DNA of 64,000 nucleotides from Burkholderiales bacterium (GCA_036787045.1 DAIQQA010000003.1:13797-77796); one strand, 5' to 3'; shown: positions 46,313-55,811, counted from the stretch's first letter. Translations and numbers: made by a program. The notes: generated by a model not told the origin, from the letters alone.

Positions 46313-47551
46313 ATGAATGCACCCGCCATCAATGCGCAACGGCTGTGGAACTCGCTGATGGAGCTGGCCAGGATCGGTGCCACCGAAAAAGGCGGTGTGC
46401 GGCGGCTCGCCCTGTCCGAGCTGGACGGCAAGGGCCGCGACCTCTTCACCCGCTGGTGCAAGGAGGCCGGTTGCACGGTGAAGGTCGACGGCATCGGCAA
46501 CATCTTCGCCCGCCGCCCGGGGAAGAACCCGAGCCTGCCCCCGATCATCAGCGGCAGTCATCTCGACACCCAACCTTCGGGCGGCAAGTTCGACGGCAAC
46601 TACGGCGTGCTGGCCGGGCTCGAGGTGGTGCGCACGCTGAACGACCACAAGATCCAGACCGAGGCCCCGATCGAAGTCGCGGTGTGGACCAACGAGGAGG
46701 GCTCGCGCTTCACGCCGGTGATGATGGGCTCGGGCGCGTTCATCGGCGAGTTCACGCTGGCGGCCATGCTCGAGCGTGCGGACATCGACGGCATCAAGGT
46801 GGGTGACGCGTTGAAGCAGATCGGCTACCAGGGGGCGGAACCGGTGGGCGGGCGGCCGGTGGGCGCCTATTTCGAGGCCCACATCGAGCAGGGACCGATT
46901 CTGGAGGACGAGCGCAAGGTGATCGGTGTGGTGGTCGGCGCGCTGGGCCTGCGCTGGTACGACGTGGTGATCAGTGGTCAGGATGCGCATGCGGGCCCCA
47001 CCCCGATGCGGTTGCGCAAAGACGCCATGGTCGCAGCCGCCAACGCAGTGATCGAGGTCAACGCCATCGCCCAGCGTTTCCAGCCGAATGGGCGCGGCAC
47101 GGTGGGCTTCATGCAGGTCAAGCCGAACTCGCGCAATGTGGTGCCGGGCGAGGTGCGCTTCTCCGTCGACCTGCGCCACGCCGAGGACGGCGAGCTCGAG
47201 CGTATGGAGCAGGAGATGCGCGCGGCCTGCGAGCGGCACGCGAAGGCGCAGAACTGCACCGCCTCGGTCGAGCGGGTGGCCAACTATCCGGCCTGCAAGT
47301 TCGACAGCGGCTGCGTGTCCGGCGTGCGCAACGCCGCCGCGAGGCTGGGCTTGGCGCATATGGAAATCGTCAGCGGGGCCGGCCACGACGCCATTTACAT
47401 GGCGCGGGTGTGCCCGACCAGCATGATCTTCGTGCCCTGCGAGGGCGGCATCAGCCACAACGAGATCGAGAACGCCAAGCCGGAGGACCTGGCGGCGGGC
47501 TGCAACGTGCTGCTCAACGTCATCCTCGAGCGGGCGCGGGTCGGCGCGTGA
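46313..47551 (+). CDS. beta-ureidopropionase / N-carbamoyl-amino-acid hydrolase (M20, PydC-like)
   Basis: GSHLDTQPSGGKFDG, WTNEEG, EAHIEQGP, HAG, SGAGHDA, GISHN. Confidence 0.9.
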   Translation: MNAPAINAQRLWNSLMELARIGATEKGGVRRLALSELDGKGRDLFTRWCKEAGCTVKVDGIGNIFARRPGKNPSLPPIISGSHLDTQPSGGKFDGNYGVLAGLEVVRTLNDHKIQTEAPIEVAVWTNEEGSRFTPVMMGSGAFIGEFTLAAMLERADIDGIKVGDALKQIGYQGAEPVGGRPVGAYFEAHIEQGPILEDERKVIGVVVGALGLRWYDVVISGQDAHAGPTPMRLRKDAMVAAANAVIEVNAIAQRFQPNGRGTVGFMQVKPNSRNVVPGEVRFSVDLRHAEDGELERMEQEMRAACERHAKAQNCTASVERVANYPACKFDSGCVSGVRNAAARLGLAHMEIVSGAGHDAIYMARVCPTSMIFVPCEGGISHNEIENAKPEDLAAGCNVLLNVILERARVGA

Positions 47552-48540
47552 GTGTGCAGGCGAAAGTCGCCCTGCTCGCCACCGGCGGCACCATCGCCTC
47601 GCGCTACGATCCGGCGCTGCGCCGCACGGTGGCTTCGCAGCGCGCGGAAGATCTGCTGGTGATGCTGCCGCAGGCCGCGGCCGTTGCGACGCTCGAAGTG
47701 GTGGACTTCGCCACCATTCCCAGCTTCGACATGAGCGTGCAGTTCGCCTTCGGCATGGCCCAGCGGGTCAACCAGCTGCTCGCGCGCGCGGACGTCGACG
47801 GCGTGGTGATCACGCACGGCACCGACACGATGGAGGAGACCAGCTACCTCACCGATCTGTTGCTCGCCGCCGACAAGCCGGTGGTGTTCACCGGCGCGCA
47901 GCGCGCCCATGACGACCCACAGTCGGACGGGCCGTTCAACCTGCTCAATGCGCTGCGGGTTGCGACTGCGCCGGCGGCGCGTGGGTTGGGCGCGTTGGTG
48001 TGCTTCAACGGCACCATCCATGCTGCGCGCGACGTGACCAAGGTGCACGCGAGCGCGGTGGAGACGTTTCAGTCGTTGGGGCACGGTGCGCTGGGGGAAG
48101 TGGACGGGGAGCGCGTCGTCATCCATCGGCGGCCGCTGCTGCGGCAGACGTTCCCGGTCGAACGCCTCGAGGATCGGGTCGAGCTGTTCCGGCTCACGCT
48201 CGGCCCCGACCTGCGCGGCCTCGAGCTCGCCATCGAACGCGGTGTCGCCGGGCTGGTAATCGAATGCTTCGGGCGCGGCAACGGCCCGACCGGGCTCACC
48301 GCCCTGGTGCGGCGTGCCAGCGACAAGGGCATCCCGGTGCTGGTGACCTCGCGCTGCCCCGAGGGGCGTGTGCAGGCGATCTATGGCGGCGGCGGAGGCG
48401 GGCGCGACCTGGCCGATGCGGGGGCGATCTTCACCGGCGACCTGAAGGGCCCGAAGGCCAGGCTGCTGCTGATGGTGCTGCTGTCGGCCCTGCACACCCG
48501 CTCACGGATTGCGCAAACCGTGGCGGCGCTGGCTCCTTGA
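47548..48540 (+). CDS. Asparaginase-family amidohydrolase (cytoplasmic)
   Basis: ATGGTIA, HGTDTMEE, FTGAQR, TKVH; GTGA overlap with upstream gene; no signal peptide. Confidence 0.88.
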   Translation: MSVQAKVALLATGGTIASRYDPALRRTVASQRAEDLLVMLPQAAAVATLEVVDFATIPSFDMSVQFAFGMAQRVNQLLARADVDGVVITHGTDTMEETSYLTDLLLAADKPVVFTGAQRAHDDPQSDGPFNLLNALRVATAPAARGLGALVCFNGTIHAARDVTKVHASAVETFQSLGHGALGEVDGERVVIHRRPLLRQTFPVERLEDRVELFRLTLGPDLRGLELAIERGVAGLVIECFGRGNGPTGLTALVRRASDKGIPVLVTSRCPEGRVQAIYGGGGGGRDLADAGAIFTGDLKGPKARLLLMVLLSALHTRSRIAQTVAALAP

Positions 48541-48590
48541 GCCCGCCGCGCCGCGCGAACGAATACGACAACTCAACGGAGGAGCACGAC

Positions 48591-49997
48591 ATGGCTACGC
48601 TGATCAAGAACGGGCGCATCGTCACCGCGGTGGATGACTACACCGCCGACATCCTCATCGACAATGGGGTGGTCCAGACCATCGGACGCAACCTGAGCGC
48701 GGGCGCCGATGTGCAGGTGCACGACGCCAACGGCCTGCTGGTGCTGCCCGGCGGCATCGATGTGCACACCCATCTGGACTGGGAGTTCGGGCCCACGCAC
48801 ACGGTGGACACCTTCGGCACGGGAACCAAATCGGCGGCGTTCGGCGGCACCACCACGCTGATCGATTTCTGCAACCAGACCGTGGGGCAGAGCCCGCTCA
48901 CCGGCCTGGAGAACTGGCACAAGCGGCGCGAGAGCGCCTGCGTGGACGTCGGCGCGCACATGATCATGCTCGATGTCAACGCACAGAGCCTGGCGGACAT
49001 GAAGACGCTGATCCAGCGCGAGGGCGTGACCAGCTTCAAGCTGTTCATGGCCTACCCCGGCGTGCTGATGGTGGACGACGGCGCGTTGTTCAAAGCCATG
49101 CGCGTGGCCGGCAACAACGGCGCCATGACCTGTATCCATGCCGAGAATGGCCAGGTCATCCAGGTGCTGGTGCAGGAGGCGGTAGAGCAGGGGCTGCGCG
49201 CGCCGAAGTATCACGCCACCACCCGCCCTTCCATTCTCGAAGGCGAGGCCACCCATCGGGCGATCCGCCTGGCGGAGCTGGCGGGCACGCCGCTGTACAT
49301 CGTGCACCTGTCGGCCGGCGAGGCGCTCGCCGCGGTGACCGAGGCGCGTGATCGAGGCATCCCGATCCACGCCGAGACCTGCCCGCACTACCTGTTCCTC
49401 ACCGCTGAGGACTACGAGCGGCCCGGCTTCGAGGGCGCCAAGTACGTGATGACGCCGCCGCTGCGCGACCACCACCATCAGCACCAGCTGTGGCGGGGCC
49501 TGCGCACCGACGATCTGCAGGTGGTGTCCACCGACCACTGCCCGTTCTGCTTCAACGAGCAGCCTTACGGCATGAAGTACTCCAAGCAGCAGGGGGTGGA
49601 CAGCTTCAGCAAGATCCCCAACGGGGCGCCCGGGGTGGAGACGCGGCTGCCGCTGATCTTCGACGGCGCGGTGCGCAAGCATGGCATGTCCATCAACCGC
49701 TTCGTCGAGATCACCTCGACTGCGCCGGCCAAGCTGTTCGGCCTGTTCCCGAAAAAGGGGAGCATCGCGGTGGGCACCGACGGCGACATCGTGCTGTTCA
49801 ATCCGAACGAGCAGTGGACCATCCGCGCGGCCGAGCAGCACAGCCGCATCGACTACACCTTGTTCGAGGGCCGGCAGGTCACCGGCCGGGTGAAGAAGGT
49901 TTTCCTGCGCGGACAGTGCATCGTGGACGGCCAGAACTGGCTCGGCCGCGAGGGGATGGGGCAGTATCTGAGGCGGGGCGAGGCGGGCAGAGTCTAG
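48591..49997 (+). CDS. hydA: Dihydropyrimidinase
   Basis: PGGIDVHTH, SFKLFMAY, HAENG, VHLS, ETCPHYL, STDHCPF, IPNGAPGVETR; GGAGGAG RBS. Confidence 0.93.
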   Translation: MATLIKNGRIVTAVDDYTADILIDNGVVQTIGRNLSAGADVQVHDANGLLVLPGGIDVHTHLDWEFGPTHTVDTFGTGTKSAAFGGTTTLIDFCNQTVGQSPLTGLENWHKRRESACVDVGAHMIMLDVNAQSLADMKTLIQREGVTSFKLFMAYPGVLMVDDGALFKAMRVAGNNGAMTCIHAENGQVIQVLVQEAVEQGLRAPKYHATTRPSILEGEATHRAIRLAELAGTPLYIVHLSAGEALAAVTEARDRGIPIHAETCPHYLFLTAEDYERPGFEGAKYVMTPPLRDHHHQHQLWRGLRTDDLQVVSTDHCPFCFNEQPYGMKYSKQQGVDSFSKIPNGAPGVETRLPLIFDGAVRKHGMSINRFVEITSTAPAKLFGLFPKKGSIAVGTDGDIVLFNPNEQWTIRAAEQHSRIDYTLFEGRQVTGRVKKVFLRGQCIVDGQNWLGREGMGQYLRRGEAGRV

Positions 49998-50018
49998 CGA
50001 GCCGGGCGGCACATTCGC

Positions 50019-50503
50019 GTGGCCGCACCACTGCATACCGTCCGCTGTCACCCGCTGACCGCGCAGGCCTTCGCCCGGTACGGCGATGTGCTGGCGCCGC
50101 CGCGGGAGATGCGCCAGATCGACTTCGCGGGTCAGTTGCGCAACGCCCGCGCGGGGGCGCGAGCGAACCTGGCGGTCAGCCGTATCGAGCCGGTGACGCT
50201 GCCCTACGCGGCGCCGGTCCTCGAGCGGCACGAGCACTCTTCGCAGCTGTTCGTGCCGATCGCTGGTGCGCGCTGCTGCTCGTGTGCCTGCCGGCCGGCG
50301 ACGGTCCGCCCGGGCTGGACACCATCGGGGCGTTCCTGGGCGATGGCGGCGCGGGGATCAATTACCACCTGGGGGTGTGGCACCATCCGATGCGCGTCAT
50401 CGACGGCCCGGGCGAGTTCGTCATGCTGCGCTGGGACGACGGCTCCGACGTGGACACGACCTGGTATCGGCTGCAGCGGCCGCTGCCGGTCCTGCTGGAG
50501 TGA
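50019..50503 (+). pseudogene. allA: Ureidoglycolate lyase (AllA-like) with an apparent 1-bp frameshift
   Basis: First half PLTAQAFARYGDV..LERHEHSSQLFVP in one frame, second half AFLGDGGAGINYHLGVWHHP in another; the switch is near 50265-50280; span of 485 nt is one short of a multiple of 3. Confidence 0.75.
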
Positions 50504-50517
50504 TCCATCTGCGCCGA

Positions 50518-51168
50518 TCAGTTCCGCGTGCCGAACATGCGATCCCCGGCGTCCCCCAGGCCGGGCACGATGTAGTCGTGCTTATCGAGTCGGTCGTCGA
50601 GCGCTGCGACGAACATCGGCACGTCGGGATGGCGCTCCTGGTAGACCTGCACGCCCTCGGGCGCGGCCACCAGCGCGAGGAACAGGATGTCCTGCGCTGG
50701 GACCCCGCGTTCCTTCAGCACGCTGACCGCATGGGCGGAGGAATAGCCGGTCCCGATCATTGGATCGCACACGATGAAGTGACGGCCCTCCAGCTCGGGC
50801 AGGCGCACCACGTACTCGACCGGCCGGTGCGTCTCGTCGCGATACAGACCGATGTGCCCCACGCGCGCGGACGGGATCAGCTCCAGCAACCCCTCGGCCA
50901 TGACGATGCCGGCGCGCAGCACGGGCACGATTGCGAGCTTCCTGCCGGCGATCACCGGGGCCTCCATCGTGGTGAGCGGGGTCTCGATCGTGCGCGTGGT
51001 GAGCGGGAGGTTGCGGGTCACCTCGTAGCCCATCAGCAGCGTGATCTCCCGCAGCAGCTGCCGGAACGTGCGGGTGGAGGTGGTCTTGTCACGCATGTGC
51101 GTGAGCTTGTGCTGGATCAGCGGGTGGTCGAGGATGAACAGATTAGGAAAGGGGGCGTGCTGCTTCAT
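50518..51168 (-). CDS. upp: Uracil phosphoribosyltransferase
   Basis: [48 protein letters not shown]. Confidence 0.95.
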   Translation of the reverse strand: MKQHAPFPNLFILDHPLIQHKLTHMRDKTTSTRTFRQLLREITLLMGYEVTRNLPLTTRTIETPLTTMEAPVIAGRKLAIVPVLRAGIVMAEGLLELIPSARVGHIGLYRDETHRPVEYVVRLPELEGRHFIVCDPMIGTGYSSAHAVSVLKERGVPAQDILFLALVAAPEGVQVYQERHPDVPMFVAALDDRLDKHDYIVPGLGDAGDRMFGTRN

Positions 51169-51393
51169 GGTGGTCAACCGGGGGCAGGTTCTCGTGGGAA
51201 TCCCGGACGTCTAGGCGTCGCGTAGCTTCCGGGCGATTTCGGCGGCCTCGGTCGGAAGTACCGGTAGTTGGCATGGTGCTCTGCATTTCGAGGCGTCGCT
51301 ACATCAATTAGGGTACGGGGCGGTTGGATCTCGTGCAACTGAACCTCGAGCGCGAGCCCGAGGTACTGCCGGCCGAGACTGGCGACGAGTCGG

Positions 51394-51783
51394 TCAGCCC
51401 GCCTTCGCGATCGCGAACGCGAGCAACGCCCAGCTTGCGATGAGAGCCGTCCCGCCGATAGGTGTGATCGCTCCAAGCCAGCGCGCGCCGGTGATCGCCA
51501 GCAGGTAAAGGCTGCCCGAGAAGATCACCATCCCCGCCAGCATCAGCCACCCCGCCCATTTCAATGGCGCCGATGTCGGCAGGTATAGGGAGACGATCCC
51601 GATCGCGAGCAGACCGAGGGCGTGCCAGAAGTGGTACTGCACCGCGGTCTGATAGATCGCGACGAGGTCGGCCGTCAGCTTTCCGCGCAGCGCGTGCGCA
51701 CCGAAGGCGCCCAGCAGCACGGCGAGCAGGCAGGCGAGGGCGCCGAGGAACAGGAACAGCCGGGCCAACGCTGGCATGGTCAT
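51394..51783 (-). CDS. DUF423 (YgdD/TMEM256) membrane protein
   Basis: LGAFGAHAL, QTAVQYHFWHA, FSGSLY, GAITPIGG. Confidence 0.9.
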   Translation of the reverse strand: MTMPALARLFLFLGALACLLAVLLGAFGAHALRGKLTADLVAIYQTAVQYHFWHALGLLAIGIVSLYLPTSAPLKWAGWLMLAGMVIFSGSLYLLAITGARWLGAITPIGGTALIASWALLAFAIAKAG

Positions 51784-51967
51784 GACGAGTGTCGATATGC
51801 AGCAGCCGATACCCTACCAGCTTCTCATCGCCTTTCTCGAGTCGCTGTAGCCGGCCACCGTAAGGAGTGACCTGGTCTGCCAGGGCAGCCTGATTTGCTA
51901 GGGAACCAGCAAGACACCCCGGTTCCCCGCTCGGAGAACCGTAGGGTAACGGTGCAACGCGAGGCCG

Positions 51968-52003
51968 CCCCCTGCCCTAGCCCTCTCCCGCAAGGAGAGG
52001 GGA
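51968..52003. repeat. Solo family-B palindrome
   Basis: cccctgccctagccctctcccgcaaggagagggga, 8 bp from the Uma2 stop. Confidence 0.75.
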
Positions 52004-52010
52004 CTCTCGC

Positions 52011-52565
52011 TCAAGCCGCGAACAGTTCCCTCACCGGCATGCTCCAGCCGGGCACTACGTCCCCGGCTTTGAGCGTGTCGTCCTCGTTGAGGATGTGCAC
52101 CGTGCAGGGCGAGCGGAAGGTCGTGACCGTGCGCTGCTGAGGGCTGATCACGATCACCAGGCGCGTGCCAGCCGCAAGCCAGTCGAGCACCTTCTCTTCG
52201 ACGTCGGCGAAAGTGTCGCTCTGTGCGATGACTTCTACCGCCAGATCCGGAGCGCCCGGCCAGAAGCCGTTGATGTCGCCGACCGCCAGGACGCGTTCGC
52301 GCTGCACGAAGGCGACGTCGGGGCCGCGCACATGGTCGGGATTGGACGCGAGCTGAAAACCGGTCGAGGCGGGAAAGACTTCGCCGAGATTGTGCGCCGA
52401 GACGTGCTCGAACAAGGATAGCGTGATCCGGGCGGCGATGCGGCCTTGCAGATGCGTCAGAGGGGAGGACTTCTTGAGTCGGCCGCGGACCAGCTCATAG
52501 CGATGGCCGTCATCGGGCATTCCCAGCAGTCCCTGGGCGCTGGTGCAGGTCTCTGTGGTCTCCAT
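52011..52565 (-). CDS. Uma2 family endonuclease-fold protein
   Basis: HRYELVRG, RGPDVAF, APDLAVEVI, EEKVLDWLAAG, VVPGWSMPVRELF. Confidence 0.88.
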   Translation of the reverse strand: METTETCTSAQGLLGMPDDGHRYELVRGRLKKSSPLTHLQGRIAARITLSLFEHVSAHNLGEVFPASTGFQLASNPDHVRGPDVAFVQRERVLAVGDINGFWPGAPDLAVEVIAQSDTFADVEEKVLDWLAAGTRLVIVISPQQRTVTTFRSPCTVHILNEDDTLKAGDVVPGWSMPVRELFAA

Positions 52566-52682
52566 GGCCTCTTCCGCGAGCGGCACTGTAGTGACGGGGA
52601 CTATACCCCCATCGCCTCATTTGCAATAGTGACAGGGTGGAGACAGTTGACGTTCCTTTGACTGGTCCGACGCCCGGTCGCC

Positions 52683-53546
52683 TTACACCGACACGACCAG
52701 CTCGCGCCGGCATCCCCGGCACTCGAGCTCGACCTCCGCGCCAACGATCGGCGGGCGCGCGTGGTGCACCCGGATGCCGCGGGCGGCCGCGCCCTGCAGG
52801 CCCGGCACGACCACCGAGTCCATCAGCCCGGGGATGTCGTTGACCACGCACAGGTCGATATGGGTGGCCGCGCTCCAGGTGAGCTCGAGCATGGCCAGGC
52901 GCTCGGTGATCACCTCCACGCAGTGCTGGAGCCGCGCTTTCATGCCCGTGGGGGAAACGTCGCCTTCCGCGACGATCTTGCCGCGCGCATCGATGTCCGC
53001 GGTACCCGACACGCAGAACGTGGTGCCTTTGTGGTCAGACGGCACGCAGAACGAAAAGGCGTGCACGGAGGGCTCGGTCGGTGCGTCTCGCGCCGGGACG
53101 ACGTTGGTGCGGCATACCGCGCTGTAGCGCCCGAGGAGCAGGTTCCACTTCTCGAGCTGCGCCGCATAGGGCTGATTGAAGGCGCGGAACTCGTCGAAGG
53201 TGAGCTGCTGGGGGATGCGCAGCTCCATGCCGCAGAGCGCCTGGACGGGACGGCCCAGGCCTTTGAGATACCCCTCGATGAAGCCCCACGCGTCCTTCAG
53301 AGGTACCCAGGGGTGCAGGAGCGCGTGCACGACCTCGTGGCCTTCGAGCGGCGTCACACCGCCGCAGAAGACGCCGCCCGCAGGGAGCACACGGTAGCCG
53401 CCGGCGCTGTTCTCGAGCAGCGCCGGAGGATTGATGCGCGCCGCCATGGCACGCGGCGCCAGTAGCTGCGTCGCCGGGAGTGCAGCCGCAGCCGCCAGAA
53501 ACCGGCGGCGCGAGATCAGGTGGGCAGGTTCGACGGAGCCAGGCAC
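52683..53546 (-). CDS. CnbZ-like (2-amino-5-chloromuconate deaminase-like) protein with Tat signal
   Basis: SRRRFL leader; GGYRVLP, LCGMELR, FRAFNQPY, RTNVVP, HAFSF, HARPPIVG.EVELECRG recall the CnbZ family. Confidence 0.65.
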   Translation of the reverse strand: MPGSVEPAHLISRRRFLAAAAALPATQLLAPRAMAARINPPALLENSAGGYRVLPAGGVFCGGVTPLEGHEVVHALLHPWVPLKDAWGFIEGYLKGLGRPVQALCGMELRIPQQLTFDEFRAFNQPYAAQLEKWNLLLGRYSAVCRTNVVPARDAPTEPSVHAFSFCVPSDHKGTTFCVSGTADIDARGKIVAEGDVSPTGMKARLQHCVEVITERLAMLELTWSAATHIDLCVVNDIPGLMDSVVVPGLQGAAARGIRVHHARPPIVGAEVELECRGCRRELVVSV

Positions 53547-53656
53547 GGGGATCTCCTCTGGTGTCGTGTCGGTTGTAACACTGGGCGGCAGCTTGTCAGC
53601 GTTAGAATTATAGGCGGAACCGGCAGAACTCTTCCCCGTAACGAAAGACTCGTTCG

Positions 53657-54529
53657 ATGCGTGCCCGTCACATCCTGTTGTCGATTTTGTTGCTCGCGTT
53701 CCTGGCGTCCTGCAGTGCGGTGCGCGTCTCGTACGACAACGCCGACTGGGTGCTCACCCGCATGGCCGGCAGCTACGTGGACATGGACCGCCGCCAGGCC
53801 CAGGCGCTCAAGGTGCGGCTCGGCGAGCTGCATGCCTGGCATCGCAGCGCGGAGCTGCCGCGGTACGCCGAGATGCTGGAGACCGCTGCGGCCCGCCTCG
53901 AGAGGGGGATGTCGCAGGACGACGTGGTGTGGGCGGTCGGGGCCGTTCGTGCGCGCTACAAGGTGCTGGGCCGTGAAGCCGCCGAGAACCTCGCGCCGCT
54001 GCTGATGACGCTGACCGACGGCCAGGTCGATCGGCTGGAGCAGCGTTTCGCCGACGACAACCGCAAGTTCTATGCAGCCAAGCTCCCCAAGGATCCCGAG
54101 GAGGCGGTCCGGGCCCGCGCCGACTGGATCTGCGACCGGCTGGGCGACTGGACCGGCGAGCTGACGCCGGCGCAGCGACAGCGCGTCGAGGACCTGGCGC
54201 GTGCCTTCCCGCAGATCCCGGCGTTGCGGCTGGAGGACCGCAAGCGGCGTCAGGCCCAGTTGCTGACTGCGCTTCGCGCGCGCGCCGAGGATCCGCAGAC
54301 CCAGGCGCAGCTCGTCACGCTGTTGGCCGACCCGGATGCCGGACGTAGCGAGCGCTACCGGCTGACGCTGGTTGCCTGGGAAGCCCGCTTCATCGATGTC
54401 ATGGTGGAGCTCGAGCGCGGTCTCACTCCGCGCCAGCGCGCGATGGCTGTGGAGCGTCTGCGGCGCTACGCGGAAGAGTTTCGCAGCATGGCGGGGCAGC
54501 GCGTAGCCTTCGCGGGCGCAGGGGGCTAG
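53657..54529 (+). CDS. DUF6279-like lipoprotein
   Basis: Lipobox LASC, then CSAVRVSYDNADW, WHRSAELPRY; helical. Confidence 0.75.
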   Translation: MRARHILLSILLLAFLASCSAVRVSYDNADWVLTRMAGSYVDMDRRQAQALKVRLGELHAWHRSAELPRYAEMLETAAARLERGMSQDDVVWAVGAVRARYKVLGREAAENLAPLLMTLTDGQVDRLEQRFADDNRKFYAAKLPKDPEEAVRARADWICDRLGDWTGELTPAQRQRVEDLARAFPQIPALRLEDRKRRQAQLLTALRARAEDPQTQAQLVTLLADPDAGRSERYRLTLVAWEARFIDVMVELERGLTPRQRAMAVERLRRYAEEFRSMAGQRVAFAGAGG

Positions 54530-54674
54530 CAGGCTGTTGAAAAACCTGCTTCGCGGCGCGCCTCCGGCTTTATCGGTGGCGCACCCGCGCAGCAACTGCT
54601 TGATTGAGCGTGACCAGACATTGGTTAGGCGGCCGGGTCAGGGTGTGATAGTGGCTTTTTCAACACCCTGCTAG
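54526..54674. mobile_element. MITE-like element, family D, CTAG-bounded
   Basis: CTAGCAGGCTGTTGAAAAA ... TTTTTCAACACCCTGCTAG (18/19 inverted match), 149 bp, same termini as 21532-21711. Confidence 0.85.
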
Positions 54675-55408
54675 GTGCTGGCTTCCTGTTTCTTCGCGGC
54701 AAAGCCCAGATAGGTTTCGATCACCCGCGGATCCTCTGCGAGCTTCGTCGCTGGGCCTTCCAGCGCCAGCGCGCCCGTCTCCAGCACGTAGGCATAGTCG
54801 GCGAGCTGCAGGGCGGCGCGCGCATTCTGCTCGACCAGCAGAATGGACACGCCGGCGGTCTTGAGCTCGCGGATGATGTGGAAGATCTCCTGCACAATGA
54901 GCGGCGCCAGCCCGAGGCTGGGTTCGTCGAGCATGAGTAGCCGGGGCTTGGACATCAGGGCCCGGCCGAGGGCGAGCATCTGGCGCTCACCGCCGGACAG
55001 AGTGGCCGCGAGCTGGCGCTGCCGGTCCTTCAGCCGCGGGAAGCGCTGGTAGACCGCAGCCAGCTCTGTCTCGAAGCGGCACTCGCGGCGGCGGTGAAAG
55101 GCGCCCAGCAACAGGTTGTCGGTCACGCTCATGCTGCCGAACAGCTCGCGGCGCTCCGGCACCAGGGCGAGTCCGCGGGCGACGCGCGCTTCCGGCTCCA
55201 TGCCGTCGAGCCTGTCGCCGGCATAGAGCACGTCCCCTCGGCACGGCAGCAGGCCGACCAGCGCGTTCAGCAGAGTCGTCTTCCCCGCACCGTTGGCGCC
55301 GATGACCGTGACGATGGTGCCTTGCTCCACGCGCAGGCTGACGCCCTGCACGGCCTCGACCTTGCCGTAGGACACGTGGAGGTTGCTGGCTTCGAGCAGG
55401 AGGGGCAC
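54671..55408 (-). CDS. LivF-type ABC ATP-binding protein
   Basis: [37 protein letters not shown]. Confidence 0.92.
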   Translation of the reverse strand: MPLLLEASNLHVSYGKVEAVQGVSLRVEQGTIVTVIGANGAGKTTLLNALVGLLPCRGDVLYAGDRLDGMEPEARVARGLALVPERRELFGSMSVTDNLLLGAFHRRRECRFETELAAVYQRFPRLKDRQRQLAATLSGGERQMLALGRALMSKPRLLMLDEPSLGLAPLIVQEIFHIIRELKTAGVSILLVEQNARAALQLADYAYVLETGALALEGPATKLAEDPRVIETYLGFAAKKQEAST

Positions 55409-55427
55409 GGGGATCGCGGGCGGAATC

Positions 55428-55457
55428 GTAGGGCCGGTCAGCGCAGCGTAACCCGCC
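55428..55457 (+). repeat. GTAG-type REP-like palindrome
   Basis: gtagggccggtcagcgcagcgtaacccgcc: GTAG tetranucleotide followed by an imperfect hairpin. Confidence 0.65.
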
Positions 55458-55463
55458 GGATAC

Positions 55464-55713
55464 CTAGCCCGGATAGTTCACCAGACCACCCCCGGTTAGC
55501 TCCGAGATCCGCGGCAGCAGCCAGTCGTGGGCTCATTCACGTAGCGTGCAGTTTGGAGGTCGGGGTTACGCGGATTCTGGCGGGTCCTGGGCGGCCATAT
55601 CGGACATGCCCGTCTTGCCAATAGAGTGATCTATTGGCTGCGCCGGTCGAGCCCGATCTGTCTCGCCCAGTCCTCCGCCATAATGCCGCGTCCTGATGAA
55701 GTATCCGGGCTAG
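55464..55713. mobile_element. MITE-like element, family G, CTAG-bounded
   Basis: ctagcccggatagttca (55464-55480) and tgaagtatccgggctag (55697-55713) are reverse complements at 16/17 positions; 250 bp; no coding ORF recognised. Confidence 0.75.
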
Positions 55714-55768
55714 CGCAAAGCATGCGGCGCAATAGGCTGCGCTGTTGCACCCTGGAGGAGCCGTTGCA

Positions 55769-55793
55769 TTTCCTCCGCGTGCTCTGCGGTGAA
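55769..55793. repeat. Solo family-A right arm
   Basis: tttcctccgcgtgctctgcggtgaa. Confidence 0.6.
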
Positions 55794-55811
55794 CAGCGTT
55801 TCTCCAGGGGA

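Noticed and set aside
55693-55725. CTGATGA suggesting a hammerhead ribozyme core
   Set aside because: No stem II closed by GAAA and no convincing stems I/III; it overlaps the MITE terminus.
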